IMG/VR virus record: IMGVR_UViG_3300042114_000045
Coordinates: 1-64,000 of that record
From: a virus
Reading direction: 5' to 3' (one strand)
DNA: 64,000 bases
A model generated the notes under the pieces. It was not told the origin of the DNA, did not search any database, and saw nothing but the letters and a program-made list of their open reading frames with translations. The translations under genes and the position numbers were made by a program. Shown piece after piece: positions 10,812 to 20,762 of the stretch; positions within the stretch are counted from its first letter, which is position 1; every line of letters begins with the position of its first letter.

Positions 10812-11396
10812 TTATTGTACTTTATAAGCATCCATATATGCTTGTGTGTTATCCATATCTTTTTGAACAGCTTGTCTGTTTAATGCAGAACTTTTAAGAT
10901 TATCTTTTAGTTGTGTATGACTATCACCGTAAGCTAGTATACCTACTCCTGCGTTAAGAGCTGATAGACCAGTTGTTATACCAGCACCATACTTATCCAT
11001 AAATCCCATATTATTTTTAGTAGCTGCACCAGAAGCAGATAAATCTAGTTGATCTAAGTTTGATATTGTACCATCTGCACCGAATACTGGTTTCCACGGT
11101 TTTGTATCTAAACCAATATAGTTACCAGAATTACCTTTCATCATATCAGAAAAAACACTACTAGACAAACTATTCTTTTGTGCAGCAGTACTGAGTGCAG
11201 CAATCTCAGCATTGGTATTTTTACCACTATATAGCTGTTTTATTCGCTCATTAATATCTAATTGACCAGTAGTAGAACTGCTAGTAGATAAGTTAGGCAT
11301 TGCCTCTAAATTAATTTCAGCAAGTCCATTAGTGCCTGATTTTCCATTTGACAACAATGGAATAGCTAGCACATTCTTTATTTTAGTATTTTTCAT
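10812..11396 (-). CDS. Putative ejection protein (N4 gp52 position)
   Basis: Gly/Ala-rich hydrophobic segment GAGITTGLSALNAGVGILAYG followed by coiled coil; synteny. Confidence 0.5.
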   Translation of the reverse strand: MKNTKIKNVLAIPLLSNGKSGTNGLAEINLEAMPNLSTSSSTTGQLDINERIKQLYSGKNTNAEIAALSTAAQKNSLSSSVFSDMMKGNSGNYIGLDTKPWKPVFGADGTISNLDQLDLSASGAATKNNMGFMDKYGAGITTGLSALNAGVGILAYGDSHTQLKDNLKSSALNRQAVQKDMDNTQAYMDAYKVQ

Positions 11397-11463
11397 GTAT
11401 ACCCTTTTTACTTATATTATTCTACTATTATACAATACACAATCTTATGTACACCTGAACTTA

Positions 11464-13527
11464 CTATCCCCTGAAACCAGGTTTATTGCCAAATGAACTG
11501 AACTTAGCATAGGTATCAACTACGTATTTATCAGGTCTTGCGTAAGCACCTCTAACAGTCTGATCATAAACACCTGAAAAGTTATACCTCATATTACTTG
11601 CGTACTCTGGTGCACTATCTTTTAACTGTTTTTTTAATCTGCGGCTTTCCTCATTTTCATCATCTATTCTACCTTGTAGCTTTATTCTGTCCTCACTACT
11701 CAGTAGATTTACTGTATGATTTACTATACTTAAACTTTCTTGTATTTCTACCATAGTAAGCGAAGGTTTATTAGCTAGTACTGCTTTAAATTTATCTATA
11801 TCAGTACCATTGGCTATGGCAGCTTCGTTGGCTGCAGCATTACTGATAGTTTGAGCTGCTGTAAATATTGCTAAAGCAACTAAAGCATATTGAGCATACC
11901 TTGCTTGAGCACCTTTTATTATACCCATCTGCATACCAAGACTAAGTACTGTAGAAGCTACAAACGCATAACCTACTGCTGCACTAACTTCAAATGCTGC
12001 AGGCCCCATCCACCAAGCCATAATACAAGTAATTATTATTGAGATAACTTGGTCGTATGGGCATGGATTTCCTGACTCAGTTTTTACAGTCATACCCATA
12101 AACATCAGTTCCATTTTAACTGCTGGAGGTAGTGCTAACCACCAACTATTCCTTATCTTATACACAAAATACTCGGTACGAGCACTTGATGTTGTATGAC
12201 CATCATCATCTGTTGTTTCATATATAGTTATTTGTTTACAGCTATCACTTGCGTAAAGGTCAGGAGCTGGAAGATGTTGAATTTTACTCCATACCCTACC
12301 TATGTCATCACCATTCATACCTACTTGTGTATACCACATTCGTATATCATAAAACTCTTCATTAGTTAAAACAGCACCAGATTGAGCTTTTGCTCTAGCA
12401 GCAATGACCCTATCAATTTCGGTGTAGTCTGCTACTTTTGGATCACCTGATTCCTCTAATTGTGCTATACTATTTACTAGAGTTGTTGGTGTTCTAACGA
12501 ATACGTAGTTGAAGAAATTATCTATATCAGCATCATTTATCTGTAACTTATCCTGATCTGTTACATTAGCTATGGGTTTTCCGTACTTGTAGGCAGCGAT
12601 ATCAAGTATATCAATCAACCCTCTTAACTTTCTTCTATTGCTTTTACTTGTTGGTATTTCAACAGATAACTTCACAGAATCAAGTGTACCACCATATTTC
12701 ACATCTTTAAATGCTTGGTCTAAACCAGCTGACTCCATTATTGCTTTTATCTCTTCGTACCAAGCTGGATAAAACTCGGTAAGCATTCTTTGGCAATTAG
12801 CTTTAACTTTTGCTAGTATACTAATAATTTGTGAAACTGTATAAAGTAAATGATCACCTTGTTTTTCATTTATTATAGCACCAGTATTCACCAGTACTTC
12901 AGGAACTGTATTTTTTACTGTATTGAGTAGTTCTAGATTTGTTACAATATACTGCATTAAGTTACTAATGTACAGTGGCAACTCCTCCCTATCAGATGAT
13001 ATTACTGTTGGTATTCCACTACCGTAATTTACCATAGGGTACGTAGACATATCTTTATAAGTAGGAATCATAATACCTGTTGGACTAACTGGCATATTGT
13101 TATAAAAACTATTCCCTGTATAATTACTAAGACCAAAATAGAATACGTTACTAGTAACATTATGTGCATACTTGCTTTGGTAGTAGTACACCTTTGAAGA
13201 GTCATTGTCAATCTTAGAACTAATTTTAATAAAATCAACGCTAACGGAGGTATTAGTTGCTTTGGTTTTATCTACCAACTCAAGATCCGAGTACGCTACA
13301 ATAGAAGGTGTAGGAACAACACTATTAACAACACCTATTCTAAACATAAATGTATCAGTATCCTTATCAGCAATGTTGTTTTCAAGAAACGTTACTGTTT
13401 GGTCAACATAATTTACTATCTTAACAAGGTCATCTTTATCGAATGCAGACGCGTCTGAATCCCAAACTAACTTTAATTTAGTTGAGGAGTTAGTATTATT
13501 TGTTGCACTACATCCCATAGTATTCAT
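11464..13527 (-). CDS. Virion structural protein with C-terminal transmembrane segments (N4 gp53-like position)
   Basis: 687 aa; several hydrophobic helices near the C-terminus; synteny. Confidence 0.5.
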   Translation of the reverse strand: MNTMGCSATNNTNSSTKLKLVWDSDASAFDKDDLVKIVNYVDQTVTFLENNIADKDTDTFMFRIGVVNSVVPTPSIVAYSDLELVDKTKATNTSVSVDFIKISSKIDNDSSKVYYYQSKYAHNVTSNVFYFGLSNYTGNSFYNNMPVSPTGIMIPTYKDMSTYPMVNYGSGIPTVISSDREELPLYISNLMQYIVTNLELLNTVKNTVPEVLVNTGAIINEKQGDHLLYTVSQIISILAKVKANCQRMLTEFYPAWYEEIKAIMESAGLDQAFKDVKYGGTLDSVKLSVEIPTSKSNRRKLRGLIDILDIAAYKYGKPIANVTDQDKLQINDADIDNFFNYVFVRTPTTLVNSIAQLEESGDPKVADYTEIDRVIAARAKAQSGAVLTNEEFYDIRMWYTQVGMNGDDIGRVWSKIQHLPAPDLYASDSCKQITIYETTDDDGHTTSSARTEYFVYKIRNSWWLALPPAVKMELMFMGMTVKTESGNPCPYDQVISIIITCIMAWWMGPAAFEVSAAVGYAFVASTVLSLGMQMGIIKGAQARYAQYALVALAIFTAAQTISNAAANEAAIANGTDIDKFKAVLANKPSLTMVEIQESLSIVNHTVNLLSSEDRIKLQGRIDDENEESRRLKKQLKDSAPEYASNMRYNFSGVYDQTVRGAYARPDKYVVDTYAKFSSFGNKPGFRG

Positions 13528-14257
13528 CCTTCCAAGTATTATAGTGTTTATCAGTAATATTGAGTAAGTACTTATGTTTTATATACTCTAGCATGTCAAA
13601 GTAAGTATACATAAAAGTATACAATTTTTCCTTATCATTTTTTTCTTCGTTATTAACAATATCTACGAGTTTGATTATGAACGTTTTAAACAGGTACTCA
13701 TACACTTCTTTACTATTATCATCACTATTAATCAGTGTGAGCATGTCTTTACCGATTATAAGGTAACTTTTATACATTCTACCTAACTCTTCGTTAGTTC
13801 TAGTGTAGTTACTAGAGTAACCTTCTAATATTGATAAATATAAGTTATTTTCTTCAGCAGCTTCAATAGTAGCTGTACATATAATTGATATACCTTTAAA
13901 TACATTTACTACGTCATCTAGAGCTGTAATAAAAGCACACCCAATACTACCTAACCCTAGAGCATTTGTCACATCATATATAACTCTTTTTATTTCTCTG
14001 TACAACTTAGCGATCAAACACGTTGGCGTACTACCATCATAAATATCTTTTATGAATTGTGATAGTTCTATCCCGTCCATTAACCCATCTGGAGTTACTA
14101 CTGCATACTTATCCCAGAACCCAATGTCATTATCCGCATTGCCAAATACATTAACGTAGCTTCCACTATGTAACTGCGTGGATTTTAAAGCAGTTAGTAA
14201 GTTCTCGCTAGGAGACTTACCAAATGAATAAGATATTGGTGAAAATGATGAAATCAT
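13508..14257 (-). CDS. Hypothetical protein with a possible degenerate CFI-box-CTERM-like C-terminal domain
   Basis: IICTAT...L..L..Y......G.....Y....K pattern; overlaps the next gene in the operon. Confidence 0.4.
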   Translation of the reverse strand: MISSFSPISYSFGKSPSENLLTALKSTQLHSGSYVNVFGNADNDIGFWDKYAVVTPDGLMDGIELSQFIKDIYDGSTPTCLIAKLYREIKRVIYDVTNALGLGSIGCAFITALDDVVNVFKGISIICTATIEAAEENNLYLSILEGYSSNYTRTNEELGRMYKSYLIIGKDMLTLINSDDNSKEVYEYLFKTFIIKLVDIVNNEEKNDKEKLYTFMYTYFDMLEYIKHKYLLNITDKHYNTWKDEYYGM

Positions 14258-14260
14258 ATA

Positions 14261-15220
14261 CTAGATAGCACTTCTATTTAAGTCAGCTATTATGCTACCT
14301 GTACTAGTGGAAGCATTTTTTATACCATTTACTAAAGCCTCTCTAAATGATAGTTCACCAGCGGTTTCAGCAATTTTCGCATTTGACAATAACGCTGCTC
14401 TCTCGTCAGCAGTTTTAAGTAAATCTTTTAGGTTAACTATATCATAACCTTTAATTTGTTGGTCAACAATACCAGGGCTAGTTGTATTAACTGGATCTGA
14501 TTCAAGTGTACCTGATTGAATAAATATTTCTCCATCTACTTTTGGAGTAACTGTAACAGTAGTACCGTAGACTTGTTGTGCAGCAGGTAAAGGATTTGCT
14601 CCATTATACGTTGCGATAGCAGCAGCATTTTTAAGGAAATTACCAGCAGAATTAACTCTATAGTAGTAAGTATCACCTGTCAATGTATCAGTAACTGGAG
14701 AATACTTATCTGTACCAAAAGAATACGACACAGTACTTTTAACACCCCAGTTTTTAACTAATTCAGCTCTTGTTTTTAGTTGATTTAGCTTAGCAACTTC
14801 AATACTAACTATAGCTAATTCAACAGATTTTTGTTTTTCAGCAACTGTTGCTGTTGTAAGAGCAATCTCTTCAATAGTTTTTTGGCTATTAAGATCAATA
14901 GCGTATACTTCAGCTTCAGTTTTAACCCTATTTAATTCAGCAGTTTCATTAAATTTTAATAGGTCTAATGCTACACCAAGGGCTTTATCATTTATCTGTG
15001 TGTACACTTGTTTTAGAAAATCAGCATAAGCTGTTGTCTTTTGTACTACGTCCATCTCAGCATTATCTATTGAGCTTAGATAAGTTTCAAACTTATCAAG
15101 TACTGTTTGAAAAGGAGAGGTTGAGTTATTTATTAGATTATCTAGGATAGCATTTGTTACATCATAGAATTCTCTTGTGTTAATAGATCTATCACCTATT
15201 ACTTGTCTAGTTACTGCCAT
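14261..15220 (-). CDS. Tail structural protein (N4 gp54-like paralog)
   Basis: Helical N-terminus resembling 23663..24169; C-terminal QQIKGY motif. Confidence 0.45.
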   Translation of the reverse strand: MAVTRQVIGDRSINTREFYDVTNAILDNLINNSTSPFQTVLDKFETYLSSIDNAEMDVVQKTTAYADFLKQVYTQINDKALGVALDLLKFNETAELNRVKTEAEVYAIDLNSQKTIEEIALTTATVAEKQKSVELAIVSIEVAKLNQLKTRAELVKNWGVKSTVSYSFGTDKYSPVTDTLTGDTYYYRVNSAGNFLKNAAAIATYNGANPLPAAQQVYGTTVTVTPKVDGEIFIQSGTLESDPVNTTSPGIVDQQIKGYDIVNLKDLLKTADERAALLSNAKIAETAGELSFREALVNGIKNASTSTGSIIADLNRSAI

Positions 15221-15233
15221 ATTATTTACCTTT

Positions 15234-16076
15234 TTATTGTTTATCTACAACAAAACTACCGTAGAAGCCACCAAATCCATAGGATACAACACAACCAGTT
15301 CCTTGTTCGTTTGTATCTTCTATAAACATAAGCATATCTACTAACGAAGACATACCTTGTGTATTACCGTGTAATCCTGTATATGATAATATCTTACCAT
15401 AATGTTCTTTAATATTATCTTTAAATCCGTTATAATAGGTAATAATACTATCTGCCGGAGTAAAAACTTTTTTAAGTGAATCAAATATAGGGTATGAGTA
15501 AACACCGTATGAGTACGTAGTTTTAATATCTTTTATTTCTGTACCCTCACCTTCTTTAGAGAATACACATATAATGTACCCTTCACCAAGTACGGTAGGT
15601 AATCTATACTCTTTTAGCATATCTATGTTACTTTGTTGTAACTTATCTTCAGCTATAACTACGACGTGTTTGCATTTACCGCTGTCTAGTAATTGTTGTG
15701 CTTTATCGAGCGCCCATACACCACTAGACCAACCAGTAGCTATAATATCAACATAACTAATATTGTTATTAATGCTAAGCACGCTAACATATTTGTTAAC
15801 CATATAACTCATATTAGACAGAACGTACTTTTGTGGTGTACTATCAGTCTCAACAGTATACCTTAACTCACTTGTATGGTGTGCTTCACCACCAACGTAT
15901 ATTACACCCACGTCTCCGTCAAGTACTATACTATCTAGAAATTCTCTGCAGTAAGGACTACTAATATTACCAGTTGTAATATGCTCGTTATATTGAACAG
16001 GGGTATATAACCTAAATAGGTTATTATCTACGTCATAGTTGCTTGATAGCATATGCTTATATTTACTTAAAATCAT
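15234..16076 (-). CDS. Degenerate beta-ketoacyl-ACP synthase (FabF/FabB, thiolase fold)-like protein
   Basis: ATGWSSGVWALDKAQQLLDSGKCKHVVVIAED (cf. TACSS..A...L..G.C), LGEG, HGNTQG (cf. GHTLG), SYGFGG (cf. SFGFGG). Confidence 0.75.
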   Translation of the reverse strand: MILSKYKHMLSSNYDVDNNLFRLYTPVQYNEHITTGNISSPYCREFLDSIVLDGDVGVIYVGGEAHHTSELRYTVETDSTPQKYVLSNMSYMVNKYVSVLSINNNISYVDIIATGWSSGVWALDKAQQLLDSGKCKHVVVIAEDKLQQSNIDMLKEYRLPTVLGEGYIICVFSKEGEGTEIKDIKTTYSYGVYSYPIFDSLKKVFTPADSIITYYNGFKDNIKEHYGKILSYTGLHGNTQGMSSLVDMLMFIEDTNEQGTGCVVSYGFGGFYGSFVVDKQ

Positions 16077-16085
16077 TTGTTTCCT

Positions 16086-17207
16086 TTATATATACTTATC
16101 GGCTTTTGTAGTATAGATTGGGTATTGTAGAAATCCAATCTCTTTCTCAGAAGATGTAGTAGCATATCCTGGTAATGAAGGAGCAGATACTTTCCATCCA
16201 AGTATGCTATTAAATATCGCACCAAAAAACGATGCTTCTTTTCTTTCTGATTTAAACATAGTCTCTGTTTTATGTATAACATATCTACTTTCAATAGTTT
16301 TTTCGCCGGTAGGCCTAAATAACGCGTAGTAACTTCTTGATATACCTAATCCTTCAGCGTATGCGCTTTTTGAATCTCTTTTAACATATGTACTTGTTGT
16401 ACTGCACGTGTTAACCCTTTTCATGTACACTAGGTATAGATACTTAGATGTAGAATATACACCACTATTACTAGTAGGTGTGTATGATGTTATTGTAGCT
16501 GTACTTGAAGTAACTGGATATAATGCATCAATAGTTGATATACTACCACCAATATGAATTTTACCTACGTTATTACTACCAAAACCAAAAAACTTACTTG
16601 TAGTACCGCCATTAGTAGCTTCTAAGATATCTTGTATATTACTTCGTTGTTGGCTGGCAGACATATTTTGTATAGCTTCAGTAACTGTGTTAAATGATAT
16701 ATTCCCAGAAGTATCAGACGTGCTTGCAGTATTAGCTAACGGTAGTCTAGCATTTTGCGGAACTATTAAAGTACATTCTCCGTGTATATCAAGTATTGGT
16801 CTATTAGAATCAAACGTTAACTTATTTAGTGAATTCTTTATAGTTATACCAAATGATGCAGAACTACTGCTATAAATACTTACTTCAGTAAACACAACTA
16901 CGGTTGGTCTATCACCTACGTATCCTAGGGTGATAACTAAAGTACCATCATTTGTATCAATAGCTTGACCTAGAACAGCACCATAAGACTGAGCAGTGTT
17001 AAACCTCAAAAAACATAAATACACAACATCTGTATGTACTATTGGTACTCTAAATACCTCAGTCTTTAATGTATCACTTGTGAAATTAATAGTTATATTA
17101 TTATTTGTACCATTGATGGTAGTAAAATGAACTAGTGTTGAATAATCAGAAGCACCGTTCATTAATAAATGTCCATGCTTATTTAACGCAAACATTCCAT
17201 ATTGCAT
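16086..17207 (-). CDS. Tail tip-associated protein
   Basis: Repeated YGM/FGI.I.N......FDS motif typical of tail-tip accessory proteins. Confidence 0.5.
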   Translation of the reverse strand: MQYGMFALNKHGHLLMNGASDYSTLVHFTTINGTNNNITINFTSDTLKTEVFRVPIVHTDVVYLCFLRFNTAQSYGAVLGQAIDTNDGTLVITLGYVGDRPTVVVFTEVSIYSSSSASFGITIKNSLNKLTFDSNRPILDIHGECTLIVPQNARLPLANTASTSDTSGNISFNTVTEAIQNMSASQQRSNIQDILEATNGGTTSKFFGFGSNNVGKIHIGGSISTIDALYPVTSSTATITSYTPTSNSGVYSTSKYLYLVYMKRVNTCSTTSTYVKRDSKSAYAEGLGISRSYYALFRPTGEKTIESRYVIHKTETMFKSERKEASFFGAIFNSILGWKVSAPSLPGYATTSSEKEIGFLQYPIYTTKADKYI

Positions 17208-17210
17208 CTT

Positions 17211-20200
17211 CTACCTCCCTAATATTATTACAGTTGTGTCAGCAATGTTGTCAGCACTTTGTGCATACAATTCAATAGAAGGGTATACACCACCAGTAAC
17301 AAGTCTAGCTCTATAATAGTTATAGTTTTCTGACAAAATACTATTCGTGCTGCTAGGAATTGTTATTACACGGAGTTCTGTGTAAAGTGGTAAAACAGAC
17401 CTACTAGTTATACTATTTTGGGCTTGAAGTAACACACCATCCACTACGTTTTTAATTGGTCCAGTTGTAGTACTGTTGGTGTTAATGTCACCTTTTAGTA
17501 GAATACTATCAATCGGAACTACTTTTGTTATTGTACTACCAGTTACCTTAAAGTATCCAATTGCATTAAATAGTACAGTAGACGTGTCTAAAGTAACTTT
17601 TCCTGTGCTATCCTTTATTCTAATACCATATTCGTTATTTTGTTCAATAGGAGCACTATTAATATCAAACGTAGTTTTTATAGTCGGTATACTTCTATCA
17701 TCTATTCTACCAAACACATCTTGAAAGATACTAGTAATAGGTCCAACACTTGTTACATCAAATAATCTAGTAACTAATGCATTATCACTTTCCGTAGCTG
17801 TGTACCTTATACTATCTACGTATTGTTTATATTTTGAAGTAACCACATAATCAGAGATGACTTTATTTCGTTCTTTCACAGCCACTGCTGAGAACAACAT
17901 ATCGTTAAATTGAATACCTAAATGTCTTGTTAGTTTACTAGCAAGTAAATCGATATAGTTACTACAAGTACCAATATAAACATTATCAACCCAATGGTCA
18001 ATAAAACTAATAGTATCTTCAATTCTACTAATATTATCAATTTTTGAATACTTACTCTTATTCTGTAATACTGACTGTATACTAGTTTCAATTGTGTAAC
18101 CCAACATTCTAGCACCTGTACTACTATAGTTGTTATAGTCGTAATTGCCAGCAGTGTAACAATCCCGTATTTCACATAGCCATTGTAAACTATTAAGCAT
18201 AGTCATATTAGCACAATATTCAGCTATTTTACCTAACATCTCGATACTACCATTTGAGTACACTGTTGAGTGAACATTACATTCTATTCTAGCGCCGTAG
18301 TTAGTCCATTGCTTTGAGAAAGCATTATTTCTGTTATCAGCTGCATAACAACTGTGTAAATTATATATCATAGGTGCTAGTTCGCAATTTGTGGAAGGTA
18401 CACTTGTTATACCTAATGCCGCATCATAGGCTACTGAAGGTACATAACCTCTTGTGTACTTACCTGATACTTTACAAGCTATACCACACCATCCTGACTG
18501 CACTATATTAGTTTGCCCAAACTTAGATGCACAATGCCATACGTCACCTGCATCTTTATTTACTGCTGCATTGGTACTAGTATCATTATGCAACCATCCA
18601 TATAAGGCACTACTTTTATCAGCACTATAGTAGCAGTATTTCCATTCGTCATTATATTTTGTTACTCCGTAGACGTTAGGTGTTGTTGTATTATATAAAA
18701 TACCTCTTACAAACCATCCACTAGTACGACCACAAGTATGTTTGTATATTGAGTCTTGCATTGGTATATTAACGTTTAGATTACCAATAGTCTTTTTATA
18801 TTGTCCATAAGCATTATTAACTATACAAGTATCATCGCAAGTAATAGCTGCATATAATTTATATGCTGAATCAAACATCTCATGAATACTACTACCAGTA
18901 TCTGTTAAACCTGTGTTATAAGCTCGTATATCAAACGTGTCTTCTATATAAGTCATACAACTACTATAGGTGTCCATACTGGTTATTAGACAGTTTAAAG
19001 CATCAACTGTATCATTTCTTATAACATTAGTAAATGTAAGGTTATCAGTTCTATCATATAAATTACCAAGTATACCTACAGTAAAACTTTTATTAACAAC
19101 TTCGTATATAGCAGCACTTGTACAATATTCTGGATCTTGATACACCATACCACTATTGTAAATAGTAGCTAAGTCGTTACCTGTAACCCAACACTGCAAA
19201 AATGTAGTGTAGTAATTATAAGTAGTTACTTTATCTGATATCGTAGTAGTAGGTAGAACAGCTACGGAGTTAGCAACTGTATAAGTACTATCAACAGGGT
19301 AGGTAAATATAAAAGGATTAAACCCAGTGTATTTACTTGAACTTGTGTGCGTACTACTTGGTCTTTGTAAACCTGGACCATCAATGTTACCTAAATACCA
19401 CCCAGGTATTTTACTCTCAGGAACTCTTGCGTCTTTGTATGTCTCCATCATATAAAGGAACACACGCTCATCAGAACTCCAAGAGTTAAACATTCTAGGG
19501 TCTATAAAAGCTAGTTTCATTAACAAGGATACATGAGTTATATAAGGTCTACCAAGTATTGCACCATATAAGTTTTGTGTTGACTGAACACCTATCATCT
19601 GTGTAGGGTATTTATACCCATGAACTACGGAATCAGTATATAAGCTCATATTGCAAGACGATTGTGCTTTTGCATACGCAGTAGTACCATATACATCAAT
19701 AGCTATATTCTCAATTCCTTGGTACGGAAATACCTCTTTATTTGTACACGCAACAAGTCTATTACTTAATTCATTATATCGACTGGTATCAGTTATTGGG
19801 CTAAATAAACAGTAATAGTTATCTGCAATATTATTAGTGTATAAACATTGGATACCTGCGGCATTTTCAACTGTAGTATCTTTTGTTAGTGCAGCTATTG
19901 TATTAATATAAGATGGGTACTTAGCAATTAGGTTATACACCCTAGCTTTAAAGTACTCCAATGATGGTACCCTAAACGACGAATCAAAAAATGGATACAT
20001 TGTGTTACTTACATAGTCAATTAGCCTTAAACTATCTCTAAGAGCGTTTAGCTCAATGGTACTAAATCCAATCTTTTGTAACATAGCATTTAGTGTTATA
20101 TCAGTACCAACAACAGCATTAGTAAGTAACTGGACTTCATAATCTACGTTCGCCCATGACTGCAATAAACTTTTATATTTTTCAACAACTTCAACATTAA

Positions 20201-20762
20201 GTTTACTTGTTATATCATCTGTATTGTATGAAAATATATTTTGTATTATACTAACTGGTACAATATTCCATTCAGATACAGGCACAAACCTAACAGTATT
20301 AATAGGATCGATATCATCACATTCAATGATAAGTCTGTCTCTACCATATCTTTGCGCTAGTGAACTACCAGTTACTTCTCGTCTATACCTATAAGTATTA
20401 CCTGCTTGTATAATGTAGAATACATCTTTAATTAATGCGTCTCTCGTAGTTTTATCAAATACACTTTTATCCATTCCAAATAGATTTGCTCTGCTACCGA
20501 ATTGTGCATACATAGTATCAAGTAGTGCAGTTAATTTACTATTAAATAAATTAATATATACATTATCTGTACCTACTGGGGTTGTATTAACATACTCTAC
20601 AAATGTATCATATACACCTTTTATTTTTGCATATGGAAAATTATCGATGGTAATATTTGTTACTGCTGATAGCTTACTGTTTGGTTTTATACTTCCATCA
20701 AGATTAAATACTGTACTACTATAACCTAGTTTAATAGGCATTACACTATAAATTTTAGCCAT
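17211..20762 (-). CDS. Large Cys/Tyr-rich tail-associated protein
   Basis: 1183 aa; C-terminal YGIRIKDSTGKVTLDTS motif; in the tail operon. Confidence 0.5.
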   Translation of the reverse strand: MAKIYSVMPIKLGYSSTVFNLDGSIKPNSKLSAVTNITIDNFPYAKIKGVYDTFVEYVNTTPVGTDNVYINLFNSKLTALLDTMYAQFGSRANLFGMDKSVFDKTTRDALIKDVFYIIQAGNTYRYRREVTGSSLAQRYGRDRLIIECDDIDPINTVRFVPVSEWNIVPVSIIQNIFSYNTDDITSKLNVEVVEKYKSLLQSWANVDYEVQLLTNAVVGTDITLNAMLQKIGFSTIELNALRDSLRLIDYVSNTMYPFFDSSFRVPSLEYFKARVYNLIAKYPSYINTIAALTKDTTVENAAGIQCLYTNNIADNYYCLFSPITDTSRYNELSNRLVACTNKEVFPYQGIENIAIDVYGTTAYAKAQSSCNMSLYTDSVVHGYKYPTQMIGVQSTQNLYGAILGRPYITHVSLLMKLAFIDPRMFNSWSSDERVFLYMMETYKDARVPESKIPGWYLGNIDGPGLQRPSSTHTSSSKYTGFNPFIFTYPVDSTYTVANSVAVLPTTTISDKVTTYNYYTTFLQCWVTGNDLATIYNSGMVYQDPEYCTSAAIYEVVNKSFTVGILGNLYDRTDNLTFTNVIRNDTVDALNCLITSMDTYSSCMTYIEDTFDIRAYNTGLTDTGSSIHEMFDSAYKLYAAITCDDTCIVNNAYGQYKKTIGNLNVNIPMQDSIYKHTCGRTSGWFVRGILYNTTTPNVYGVTKYNDEWKYCYYSADKSSALYGWLHNDTSTNAAVNKDAGDVWHCASKFGQTNIVQSGWCGIACKVSGKYTRGYVPSVAYDAALGITSVPSTNCELAPMIYNLHSCYAADNRNNAFSKQWTNYGARIECNVHSTVYSNGSIEMLGKIAEYCANMTMLNSLQWLCEIRDCYTAGNYDYNNYSSTGARMLGYTIETSIQSVLQNKSKYSKIDNISRIEDTISFIDHWVDNVYIGTCSNYIDLLASKLTRHLGIQFNDMLFSAVAVKERNKVISDYVVTSKYKQYVDSIRYTATESDNALVTRLFDVTSVGPITSIFQDVFGRIDDRSIPTIKTTFDINSAPIEQNNEYGIRIKDSTGKVTLDTSTVLFNAIGYFKVTGSTITKVVPIDSILLKGDINTNSTTTGPIKNVVDGVLLQAQNSITSRSVLPLYTELRVITIPSSTNSILSENYNYYRARLVTGGVYPSIELYAQSADNIADTTVIILGR

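Noticed and set aside
16073-16294. 73-aa alternative-frame ORF as a possible acyl carrier protein
   Set aside because: It overlaps the tail gene, is basic rather than acidic and has no DSL motif.
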